In this document: positions 47,914 through 56,248 of the stretch, one piece after another
Position numbering within the stretch: the first letter of the stretch is position 1
How the letters are laid out: each line of letters opens with the position of its first letter
From: an uncultured Bacteroides sp.
GTDB lineage: Bacteria > Bacteroidota > Bacteroidia > Bacteroidales > Bacteroidaceae
Direction of reading: 5' to 3'
NCBI GenBank assembly: GCA_949296415.1
Contig: CASFQC010000002.1
Span: 23,817-87,816 of the forward strand
Length of the DNA stretch: 64,000 bases
The notes under the pieces: generated by a model
Seen by the model: only the letters and a program-made list of their open reading frames with translations
Told to the model about the DNA's origin: nothing
Databases searched by the model: none
Program-made: the position numbers and the translations under genes

Positions 47914-48810
47914 ATGAACACCGTCGTGGAGAAAGTGGCAGAAGGATTCAAGGGGGAGAAAGCCATAGTGACTCCCTATAACATAAGACATCTGCAGGCC
48001 GAGAATCCCGTCACGCGGCAACTTTTTGTGACGCATATCGGCTATTACCCTCATGCCGCCCACCATTTCAGGGAGCGTGAAGGGGGATGTCCGGAGAATG
48101 TGCTGATTTATTGTGAGGAAGGTCACGGCTGGGTGGTGCACCGTGGCGAGCGGCATATGCTTGGCTCAAACCAGGTCTATATCATACCCGCCGGGGAGAC
48201 CCATGTGTATGGTGCCGACGAGGCCGATCCCTGGAGCATCTATTGGCTGCACTTCAGGGGCGAGAGTGTGTATATGTTCTCCTCCATCATCGGGAGGCTG
48301 GTTTCCATAGAAGAGTCCGACAAGAGCCGTTATGAGGACCGTTTCCGCCTGTTCGAGGAGATGTACCAGAACCTGGAGATGGGTTATAATCCGGAAAACC
48401 TGGAGTATGTGAGCTTCTGCCTCATGCACTTCCTCGCCTCGCTGAAGTACGTCAACCAGTTCCGTGAAATAAAGAAGGTGAAGACGGCCGATGCCGTGCA
48501 GCGCAGCATAGCCTTCATGAAGGACCATATAGAAGATTCCGTGACGCTAGACGACATAGCTGGTCATGTGGGTTACTCGGTATCGCATTTCAGTGCCCTC
48601 TTCTCCAGGCGGACTTCCTTCGCTCCCATGGAATACTACAATTCACTGAAGATACAACGGGCCTGCACTTATCTGCAGTTCTCCGATCTGAAGATAAAGG
48701 AAGTGGCTTTCCGCCTGGGCTATTATGACCAGTTCCATTTTTCCAAAGCCTTCCGTAAGGAGATGGAGCTTACGCCGAAAGCTTACCGGGAGCGGTATCA
48801 CGAGAAGTGA
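47914..48810 (+). CDS. AraC-family transcriptional regulator
   Basis: N-terminal cupin (IGYYPHA..HFRER, H.YG, PWSIYWLHF) and C-terminal double HTH (IKEVAFRLGYYDQFHFSKAFRK...TPKAYR). Confidence 0.93.
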   Translation: MNTVVEKVAEGFKGEKAIVTPYNIRHLQAENPVTRQLFVTHIGYYPHAAHHFREREGGCPENVLIYCEEGHGWVVHRGERHMLGSNQVYIIPAGETHVYGADEADPWSIYWLHFRGESVYMFSSIIGRLVSIEESDKSRYEDRFRLFEEMYQNLEMGYNPENLEYVSFCLMHFLASLKYVNQFREIKKVKTADAVQRSIAFMKDHIEDSVTLDDIAGHVGYSVSHFSALFSRRTSFAPMEYYNSLKIQRACTYLQFSDLKIKEVAFRLGYYDQFHFSKAFRKEMELTPKAYRERYHEK

Positions 48811-48827
48811 GCCCGTCTGCAAAAACA

Positions 48828-48871
48828 GAAAGAGGACGCACCGGAATGGCCTTCCGTGTGCGTCCTCTTTC
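48828..48871. terminator. Bidirectional terminator between the AraC gene and argS
   Basis: GAAAGAGGACGCAC...GTGCGTCCTCTTTC 14-bp stem with upstream A-run. Confidence 0.75.
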
Positions 48872-48909
48872 GGAGCGTGCCGCGTTTTCCGTGCTTTCCT
48901 GTCCGGACC

Positions 48910-50730
48910 TTACATGCGTTCCGGCACTTCGATGCCCAGCAGTCCCATGCCCAGGCGCACGACCTTGGCCACTTCCTGCGACAGTGTGAGGCGGAACACT
49001 TTGACGTCCGCATTCTCTTCATGCAGTATGCTGTAGTCGTGGTAGAACTGGTTGTATTCCTTCACCAGGTCGTAGCAGTAGTTGGCTATGACAGACGGGC
49101 TGTAGTCCTGTCCGGCCTGCCTTACTATGGCCGCGAAGTTTGCGACTGACTGTATAAGGTTTTCCTCCTTTGCGTTCAGTTCGATGCCCGTATGCAGTTC
49201 GGCCGGTACATTGATGTCCGCTTCGGCCGCCTTGCGCAGTACCGACCGGATTCGGGCGTAGGTGTACTGTATGAAGGGTCCCGTATTCCCGTTGAAGTCA
49301 ATGGATTCTTTGGGGTTGAAGGTCATGTTCTTCCGCGCGTCTACCTTCAGGATGAAGTATTTCAGTGCTCCCAGTCCTACGATGCGTGCGATGTCATCGG
49401 CTTCGGCTTGGGTCAGTCCGTCCAGTTTGCCCAGTTCGTTGCTGGTCTCTTTGGCGGTTTCTATCATTTCTGCCATGAGGTCATCGGCATCTACTACGGT
49501 GCCTTCACGGCTTTTCATCTTGCCTTCGGGCAGTTCCACCATGCCGTATGAGAAGTGCACCAGGCTTTTCCCCCATTCGAATCCCAGTCTGTCCAGCAGA
49601 ATGGACAGGACCTGGAAGTGGTAGTTCTGTTCGTTTCCCACCACGTAAATCATCTTGTCTATGGGATAGTCGGTAAAGCGCTGTTCGGCGGTGCCTATGT
49701 CTTGTGTCATGTACACTGATGTCCCGTCGGCTCTCAGAAGCAGCTTGTGGTCCAGTCCTTCCCCGGTAAGGTCAGCCCATACCGAGCCGTCTTCCTTGCG
49801 GTAGAACAATCCTTTCTCCAGTCCTTCAAGTACTTTTTTCTTTCCTTCCAGATAGGTGTCCGATTCGTAGTATATCTTGTCGAAAGTCACTCCCATCATG
49901 TGGTATGTCTCGTCAAATCCGGCATATACCCAGTCGTTCATCTTCTTCCACAGGGCGCGTACTTCAGGGTCTCCGGCCTCCCATTTTACCAACATCTCGC
50001 GGGCTTCCTTCATGAGGGGCGACTCGGCTTCGGCTTTGGCCTTGGCTTCTTCCTCCGCGATTCCCATGGCCAGGTATTTTTCCGTGAGTTCCTTCACCTC
50101 GGCTTTATAATGCTTGTCAAAGGCTACGTAGTAATCGCCTATGAGATGGTCTCCTTTCTTTCCGCTTGATTGGGGCGTCTCTCCGTTGCCATACTTCAGC
50201 CAGGCCAGCATGGATTTGCATATGTGTATGCCACGGTCGTTTACAATGTTGGTCTTCACCACCCGGTTGCCGTTGGCGGCAATGATGTTGGCCAGGGCAT
50301 TGCCCAGCAGGTTGTTGCGCACATGTCCCAGGTGTAGTGGCTTGTTGGTGTTTGGTGAGGAATATTCTATCATCACCAGAGGCGACCTGTCTGTGGCCGG
50401 TGTCAGCCCATAGTCCGGGCGGGAATGGATGTCGTTCAGCAACTCTATCCATGCGGAGGATGCGATGGTGATATTCAGGAATCCTTTGATGACGTTGAAT
50501 GCGGCCACCACTTCGGGTTCGTTCTGTTTCAGATATTCTCCTATCTCTGCGGCGGTCTGTTCCGGGCTTTTCTTGGAGAGCCTCAGGAACGGAAATACTA
50601 CTAGCGTGAGATGTCCTTCGAATTCTTTCTTTGTCTTCTGCAGTTGCACTTGCACCGCAGGCACTTCTTGTCCGTACAGTGCTTTCAGGCCTTTGGTAAC
50701 GGCCGAAACCAGTTTTTCTTCTATATCCAT
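48910..50730 (-). CDS. argS: Arginine--tRNA ligase
   Basis: IEYSSPNTNKPLHLGHVRN (HIGH), GKMKSREG (KMSKS-like), GNTGPFIQYTYAR, terminal PERM. Confidence 0.97.
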   Translation of the reverse strand: MDIEEKLVSAVTKGLKALYGQEVPAVQVQLQKTKKEFEGHLTLVVFPFLRLSKKSPEQTAAEIGEYLKQNEPEVVAAFNVIKGFLNITIASSAWIELLNDIHSRPDYGLTPATDRSPLVMIEYSSPNTNKPLHLGHVRNNLLGNALANIIAANGNRVVKTNIVNDRGIHICKSMLAWLKYGNGETPQSSGKKGDHLIGDYYVAFDKHYKAEVKELTEKYLAMGIAEEEAKAKAEAESPLMKEAREMLVKWEAGDPEVRALWKKMNDWVYAGFDETYHMMGVTFDKIYYESDTYLEGKKKVLEGLEKGLFYRKEDGSVWADLTGEGLDHKLLLRADGTSVYMTQDIGTAEQRFTDYPIDKMIYVVGNEQNYHFQVLSILLDRLGFEWGKSLVHFSYGMVELPEGKMKSREGTVVDADDLMAEMIETAKETSNELGKLDGLTQAEADDIARIVGLGALKYFILKVDARKNMTFNPKESIDFNGNTGPFIQYTYARIRSVLRKAAEADINVPAELHTGIELNAKEENLIQSVANFAAIVRQAGQDYSPSVIANYCYDLVKEYNQFYHDYSILHEENADVKVFRLTLSQEVAKVVRLGMGLLGIEVPERM

Positions 50731-50815
50731 GGTGTTGTGTGATTGTTTTCTTCTTGTGGGTGACCGGTGGTGCGGGCCGTGGCTTTTCTGTCCTGTTGGT
50801 TTACCAGCCGTCCGC

Positions 50816-51541
50816 TCACATCATCAGGTTTTTCCTTATGGAGAACTTCACTATGGCCATGGCGCTTATGGCACTTAGCGGCACATCCATAGGGTCGTGA
50901 TGCGGGTTGTAGCTCACCAGCTTGATGCAGTCGGACTCTTCCGCACGGTTTACGTATTTCACGGTCAGATACTCGTCTCCCCCCCGGTTGAAGGACACCA
51001 GATACATTTCGCCGTAGATTACGTCGGTGAAGCTGTTGATGGATTTGAATCCGATGATGTCGCCTGACTTCAATATGGGATACATGCTGTCTCCGCTTAC
51101 ATACACGGCTCCATCACATGCAGGTACGTTAGGTATCAGTATTTTGCCTAAGGCATACTGGGGCTTGTCTTCCAGCATGGTTTTCAGGTTGGCGGCGGCT
51201 GAAATGTCATATAGGGTTACCATGCGGTCGTCTGTCATTTCTGTGGATTTTGGCGTGTGCAGCATCTCTATCTCGCCTTTTGCCAAGGGGTTGTCGCAGT
51301 ACTGTCTGGATTGTGTGGCCACGCCTTTGCCTGTGAGCAGCCAGTTGAAGTCTACCTGATCCATTTTGCTCAGGAAAAGGGGGAAATCAAGACTGTTGCG
51401 TGCCATCCAGTTGCATAGGGTGGAGCGCGATATACCCAGATAATTGGCCAGCTGAGTGTCTGTTTTAAAGCCTTGTACGGATTTGGCGCGCCTTATTATT
51501 TCGCCTACGTTGAAAAGCTTTTCTTTTTCTTCTTTTTTCAT
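50816..51541 (-). CDS. CI/LexA-like repressor (phage-CI HTH + S24 peptidase)
   Basis: HTH QLANYLGISRSTLCNW...WLLTGKG; S24 VSGDSMYP and TVKY Ser/Lys dyad. Confidence 0.9.
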   Translation of the reverse strand: MKKEEKEKLFNVGEIIRRAKSVQGFKTDTQLANYLGISRSTLCNWMARNSLDFPLFLSKMDQVDFNWLLTGKGVATQSRQYCDNPLAKGEIEMLHTPKSTEMTDDRMVTLYDISAAANLKTMLEDKPQYALGKILIPNVPACDGAVYVSGDSMYPILKSGDIIGFKSINSFTDVIYGEMYLVSFNRGGDEYLTVKYVNRAEESDCIKLVSYNPHHDPMDVPLSAISAMAIVKFSIRKNLMM

Positions 51542-51642
51542 ATTGAAATCCTCTTTATGTTTGTGGATGACTTTATGGAGTGTTTGTTTTTAACTTGCTG
51601 TCCGGACAAGAGGCGTTCCTTTATGCTTGTCCTTTGTGTTAT

Positions 51643-51702
51643 CAACATGTTGTTTATATGTGCTTGCAAAAGTACGTATTTGTTTCTGTATTACAAATGT
51701 TG
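51643..51702 (-). promoter_or_regulatory. Promoter and putative operator(s) of the CI-like gene
   Basis: TACTTTTG on - (51667-51674), perfect palindrome CAACATGTTG (51643-51652), related site ACAAATGTTG (51693-51702). Confidence 0.5.
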
Positions 51703-51976
51703 GTACAAGGAAATGTGATATTTTCATACGTTTTTTTTCATTTGGAACAGTTCTGTCGGGGAATTGTGCCTACAGGAAAGATTTTCCGGTTCCGTTTCCT
51801 TCGGGTGCTGTCTGAAAAAAACATTCTGGCGCTTGGCAAAATGGAAAACAATCTGTGCCGGATATAAGAGCGGACAATCGGTCAGAAGTCTGATGACCGG
51901 TTTTGAGCTTAAAATGGAGTGTGTTTTCAGTCTGGTGAGGAAGCCTGCGACTGTCGATTGTCGCGTCTTCGGGACC

Positions 51977-53056
51977 TTACCGCGTGAGCAGGATGGACTG
52001 TAACTTTTTCAGGTCTGATTTACTCAGTCCCAACCCTTTGGTGAGGTAGGCGTCCACACTGCCGTATTGCTGTTCTATGGCATCTCTGGCTGCGTTCAGG
52101 AAGTTTTCGCGGGCCGAGAACATAGTGGTGATGGCCACTTGCGAGCGTGCCGGCAGTTCGTAGGCATAGTGCAGGGCCTTGGGTATGTTGAAAAACTTGT
52201 TGCTCAGTCTGTAGTCGTCTATGATTAGCTCTTTGTCAATGCCTAACGAGGCCAGGATGAGAGCCGACGCTATGCCGGTGCGGCCTTTGCCCGAGGTGCA
52301 ATGGATTACTACCGGATAGTTCTTGCGGTCAAGCAGCACATCGAATACTTTCTTGTATTCGGTCTTGTGGTTCAGCACGATGTCGCGGTTTATCCTTTCC
52401 ACGATGTGGGGCACGGAATCGTTGCTTATAGTGCGTTTCTGTATGCCTTTCAATATGGCTTCCAGATTGCCGGAAGGTACGGGGATATGTGTCACCTTGA
52501 ATCCTTTCTCTTCCAGATTGTCGGTTCTGTTGCCTGTTTCTTCGGGAGTTCTCAGGTCTATGATGGTCTTTATGCCTATGTTGCGCAGTCTTTCCACGGA
52601 TATGCTGTCCGCTTTGTCCAGATTGCCCGACCGGTATATCATTCCCCACCGCACACGCTTGTGCATGGCGTAGGAAGGATATCCTCCTAAGTCGCGAAAG
52701 TTCTGTACGCCGGGGATGACCACGTTGCGCGGGGCGGTGTATACACGGTATTTGTCATTGAATACAAGTGTGTAGTAGTAACGCTGTGTGGGGTCAGGGT
52801 TTTTCACCAGGACATGCTGGTCGGTGATAGGAGCTTCGGTTACCGCATGTTTCTCCGCTATGTGGTTGGGGTCGGTTGAGGCATACACTTTCATTTTTCC
52901 TTCCAGAAGGGGGGACATTTCCCATTTCACTATGCAGTTACCGTCCGCGTTTTCTTCGCATACGGATGATATGCGGGGTGAGGAGTCGTTGCATGAAGGC
53001 AGCAATATTAGCAAAGCCAGTAGGTTTGTCAGGTTCTTATATATCTTGTTTGACAT
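51977..53056 (-). CDS. Protein-tyrosine-phosphatase-family lipoprotein (Y_phosphatase3)
   Basis: Lipobox LPSC, NFRDLGG, IYRSG, IDLRT, P-loop HCTSGKGRTG (CX5R), DYRLSN. Confidence 0.9.
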   Translation of the reverse strand: MSNKIYKNLTNLLALLILLPSCNDSSPRISSVCEENADGNCIVKWEMSPLLEGKMKVYASTDPNHIAEKHAVTEAPITDQHVLVKNPDPTQRYYYTLVFNDKYRVYTAPRNVVIPGVQNFRDLGGYPSYAMHKRVRWGMIYRSGNLDKADSISVERLRNIGIKTIIDLRTPEETGNRTDNLEEKGFKVTHIPVPSGNLEAILKGIQKRTISNDSVPHIVERINRDIVLNHKTEYKKVFDVLLDRKNYPVVIHCTSGKGRTGIASALILASLGIDKELIIDDYRLSNKFFNIPKALHYAYELPARSQVAITTMFSARENFLNAARDAIEQQYGSVDAYLTKGLGLSKSDLKKLQSILLTR

Positions 53057-53143
53057 ACAGCATGTTTTTGTAAAGCAAATATACCTTTTTTGGCCACTAA
53101 CCTATGCGGGGGAGGTGCTGTATTTATGTTTCTTTTTCGAAGT

Positions 53144-53163
53144 TTAGAGCCTGTTTAATTTTT
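53144..53163. mobile_element. Solo MITE/IS5-like terminal repeat
   Basis: TTA-GAGCCTGTTTAATTTT, matching the left end of the 42983 element; no partner end seen. Confidence 0.5.
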
Positions 53164-53195
53164 GTCTGGCCAATCTGGCCCGTTCCGGTGTATAG

Positions 53196-54140
53196 TCAGC
53201 TGCCTTCTTCCGGTTCCGCATAGGCGTGGGCTGTGGCGAATTCCTTGGATATCGAGTTTCCGAAGCTTTGGCAGACATCGGCGGCAAAGGCGGAGGCATA
53301 GCCGACAATGCGGTCCCATGTCTCCGGTCTTATGTCGGAGAGGTCGCGGTGCCTTACGCCTTCTTTCAGCAGTCCGTATACTAAGCCGGCGTTGAAGTTG
53401 GCGCCGGCTCCTATGGTGCTCACGGTAGGTATGGGTTTCACTTCATAGTTTTTGTTTACTGACGGGGTACGCAGGCATATGTTGCCGTTCCCTGCTGTGT
53501 AGAGGAAGTTGTTGCAATAGAACTTTATCTTTTCCTTATAAATCTTGTCCGGGTCTTCCATGCCGTACATGTAGAAGAAGTCTTCAGCCGATCCGCGCAC
53601 GATGTCGGCATATTCAAGGTTTTCTATGATGGTGGGCGTCAGTTTGATGGCCTCTTCCTTGTGGGAGGCGCGGAAGTTGGGGTCGTAGTACACTATGGCA
53701 TTGCTTTCGCGTGCCGCCTTGAGCAGTTCCGCCACTTTGTCGCGCAGTACAGGGTTCAGTGCGAAGTACGAGCCCAGCATCACGATGTCGTCTTCCTCCA
53801 GTTGGGGAAATTCCACATCAAGCCGCTGTCTCGGATAGTCTTTGTAGAAGGTGTATCCGGCATTCCCCTCTTCGTCAAGGAAGGCCAGCGATACGGGTGA
53901 TTTGCCGTTGGGGAATACGTTGACATGGTCGGTGGGTACGCCGTTGTCCCGCATGAATTTCAGTATGATGTCACCCACACGGTCGTTTCCGGTCTCGCTG
54001 ATGAAGTCTACCGGTACCCCTGTGCGTGCCAGTGATACGATGCCGTTGAACACCGAGCCTCCGGGCACGGCGGCCGAAGGTTGGTCATTGCGGAATATGA
54101 TGTCTAATATGGTCTCTCCTATCCCTATTACTTTTCGCAT
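53196..54140 (-). CDS. PfkB-family carbohydrate kinase (catalytic GAGD reads GAGA)
   Basis: IGIGETILD, PGGSVFN, YDPNFR, STIGAGANFNAG. Confidence 0.9.
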   Translation of the reverse strand: MRKVIGIGETILDIIFRNDQPSAAVPGGSVFNGIVSLARTGVPVDFISETGNDRVGDIILKFMRDNGVPTDHVNVFPNGKSPVSLAFLDEEGNAGYTFYKDYPRQRLDVEFPQLEEDDIVMLGSYFALNPVLRDKVAELLKAARESNAIVYYDPNFRASHKEEAIKLTPTIIENLEYADIVRGSAEDFFYMYGMEDPDKIYKEKIKFYCNNFLYTAGNGNICLRTPSVNKNYEVKPIPTVSTIGAGANFNAGLVYGLLKEGVRHRDLSDIRPETWDRIVGYASAFAADVCQSFGNSISKEFATAHAYAEPEEGS

Positions 54141-54733
54141 AGTGAACGTGATTTTTCTCCCAGATATCCGCCATGGTGGCGTTTCGAATAGTCTTCAATG
54201 GTGAACCCGGTCTGCTTCATGGTTTCCACCACCAGAATGTCGCCTATGACCGTCATTACTGTGGTCGAGGTGGTGGGGGTCATGCCCAGCACACATACTT
54301 CGTTGGGGCTTCCGGTGCTGAGGCACACGGTGGCCTGTGCGGCCAGCGGGCTGTCGGGGTTTCCGGTTATCACGATGGATTGCAGCGAAGAGTCCAGGTT
54401 GCGTGCCAGCTGGGTAAGCTCCACTATCTCGCGCGTTTTGCCCGAATTTGATATGAGCAGCAGCAGGTCGTTGTCCTGCAGTATGCCCAAGTCGCCGTGC
54501 TGTGCCTCGCTAGGATGCAGGAACACTGCCGGGATGCCGGTGGAGCAGAAGGTGGTGGCTATGTTCATGGCTATCTGTCCGGCCTTTCCCATTCCGCTGG
54601 TCACTAACTTGCCCTTACGTCGGTGCACATGGTCCACGATGAGTTCCACAGCTTTGGCGTAGGCGTTGGTTACGGGGATGTTCAGTACGGCTTCAGCCTC
54701 TTTTTGCAGTATTTCTTTTATGGAGTCAATCAT
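54128..54733 (-). CDS. kdsD: SIS-domain sugar-phosphate isomerase, arabinose-5-phosphate isomerase-like (no CBS domains)
   Basis: SGMGKAG, FLHPSEAQHGDLG, ISNSGKT, PTTSTT, RHHGGYLG. Confidence 0.8.
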   Translation of the reverse strand: MIDSIKEILQKEAEAVLNIPVTNAYAKAVELIVDHVHRRKGKLVTSGMGKAGQIAMNIATTFCSTGIPAVFLHPSEAQHGDLGILQDNDLLLLISNSGKTREIVELTQLARNLDSSLQSIVITGNPDSPLAAQATVCLSTGSPNEVCVLGMTPTTSTTVMTVIGDILVVETMKQTGFTIEDYSKRHHGGYLGEKSRSLCEK

Positions 54734-54874
54734 TTATAAAGATAAAATTAAGTTTGTTTTTTGTGTCAATGCCAGTGGCGACGGAGTGTTTGGCCCGTGC
54801 CGGAGGCTTGCCGATTCATGCAAATATCTGTATTTTTATAGAAATAGCCATAAGTTTTGTTGTATTTTTGTGCC

Positions 54875-56152
54875 ATGACAAGGAATTATATGGTTTATAC
54901 GAAGATTCTGGAAGAAACTGACGGCCCGTTCAATACGTGTACCCTGCCCAACGGGTTACGCGTCATCCATCGCCCGCTGTCATCGCATGTGGCCTACTGC
55001 GGCTATGCGGTGAATGCCGGGACACGCGACGAAGATCCCAACGAACCCGGTCTGGCCCATTTTGTGGAGCATATGCTGTTCAAGGGTACCCGCCGCCGTA
55101 AGGCCTGGCATATACTGAACCGCATGGAGAACGTGGGCGGCGACTTGAATGCTTATACCAACAAAGAAGAGACCGTGGTCTATTCGGCTTTCATGGATTG
55201 TCACTTTCCGCGTGCGTTGGAGCTGTTGACTGACATCGTGTTCCGTTCTACCTTCCCGTCGCGCGAGGTGGGAAAGGAGACGGAAGTCATCATAGATGAG
55301 ATACAGTCTTATGAAGACACCCCTTCAGAACTGATATTCGACGACTTTGAGGACATGGTTTTCAAGGGCCATCCCTTGGGACGGAACATCCTGGGCACAC
55401 CGTCTGCGCTCAAGACTTACGGTCCCGTACACGCCGCCCGCTTCGTACAACGTTTCTACCGTCCGGACAATATGGTGCTGTTTGTGCTGGGCAACATTCC
55501 TTTTGCCCGCGTGAGGCGCATGGCCGAAAGGCTTACCGCCGACGTGTCCCTTCCTTCCGTGTCCCTTCCCCGGCGCACGCCGCCTCTGCCTTATGTGCCT
55601 GCTAGGCTTTCTCTGCGTCCGGACACTCATCAGGCCCACGTGATGCTGGGCGGCAGGGCATACGATGCCTACAGCGGCAAACGCACCGCCCTTTATCTGC
55701 TGAACAATTTGCTGGGAGGTCCGGGAATGAACAGCCGCTTGAATGTGGCTTTGCGCGAGAAGCGGGGACTGGTGTACAATGTGGAGTCCAATCTTACTTC
55801 CTATACCGATACGGGTACCTTCGGCATTTACTTTGGTTGCGATGCTGCCGATGCTGACACCTGCCTGCGCGTCTGTGACAAGGAGCTGAAGCGCCTGCGC
55901 GACACACGCCTCAGCACTTCGCAACTGTCCGCTGCCAAGAAGCAGCTTATGGGGCAGATAGGCGTGGCCTCGGACAACAATGAGAACAACGCTCTGGGCA
56001 TGGCCAAGGCATTCTTGCACTACAACCGCTACGAGACTACGCGCGACGTATGCCGGCGCATAGAGGCCCTTACGGCAGATTTGCTGCTTGAAGTGGCCAA
56101 CGAGGTGATGGACGAGCCGCAGCTTTCTGTCCTGACTTACGGAATGTCGTGA
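54875..56152 (+). CDS. M16 family zinc peptidase
   Basis: LPNGLRV, GLAHFVEHMLFKGT (HXXEH), NAYT, SRLN..LREKRGLVY. Confidence 0.93.
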   Translation: MTRNYMVYTKILEETDGPFNTCTLPNGLRVIHRPLSSHVAYCGYAVNAGTRDEDPNEPGLAHFVEHMLFKGTRRRKAWHILNRMENVGGDLNAYTNKEETVVYSAFMDCHFPRALELLTDIVFRSTFPSREVGKETEVIIDEIQSYEDTPSELIFDDFEDMVFKGHPLGRNILGTPSALKTYGPVHAARFVQRFYRPDNMVLFVLGNIPFARVRRMAERLTADVSLPSVSLPRRTPPLPYVPARLSLRPDTHQAHVMLGGRAYDAYSGKRTALYLLNNLLGGPGMNSRLNVALREKRGLVYNVESNLTSYTDTGTFGIYFGCDAADADTCLRVCDKELKRLRDTRLSTSQLSAAKKQLMGQIGVASDNNENNALGMAKAFLHYNRYETTRDVCRRIEALTADLLLEVANEVMDEPQLSVLTYGMS

Positions 56153-56166
56153 CCGGGGATGAAATG

Positions 56167-56197
56167 TCATACAGACCGAATGGCCGTTCATACAGAC
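56167..56197 (+). promoter_or_regulatory. Perfect 10-bp direct repeat at 21-bp spacing upstream of the GH43 genes
   Basis: TCATACAGAC at 56167 and 56188. Confidence 0.5.
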
Positions 56198-56248
56198 TTC
56201 TGAAGATAATAATCAATCCACTTACTTACTTATTAAGATAAAGACTCA

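Noticed and set aside
50816-51976. Prophage around the CI-like repressor
   Set aside because: No divergent cro, integrase or structural genes; the flanks are housekeeping genes.
52275-52304. Phosphatase P-loop HCTSGKGRTG lacking the usual Asp (GKDRTG)
   Set aside because: The essential CX5R is intact, so there is not enough evidence for inactivation.
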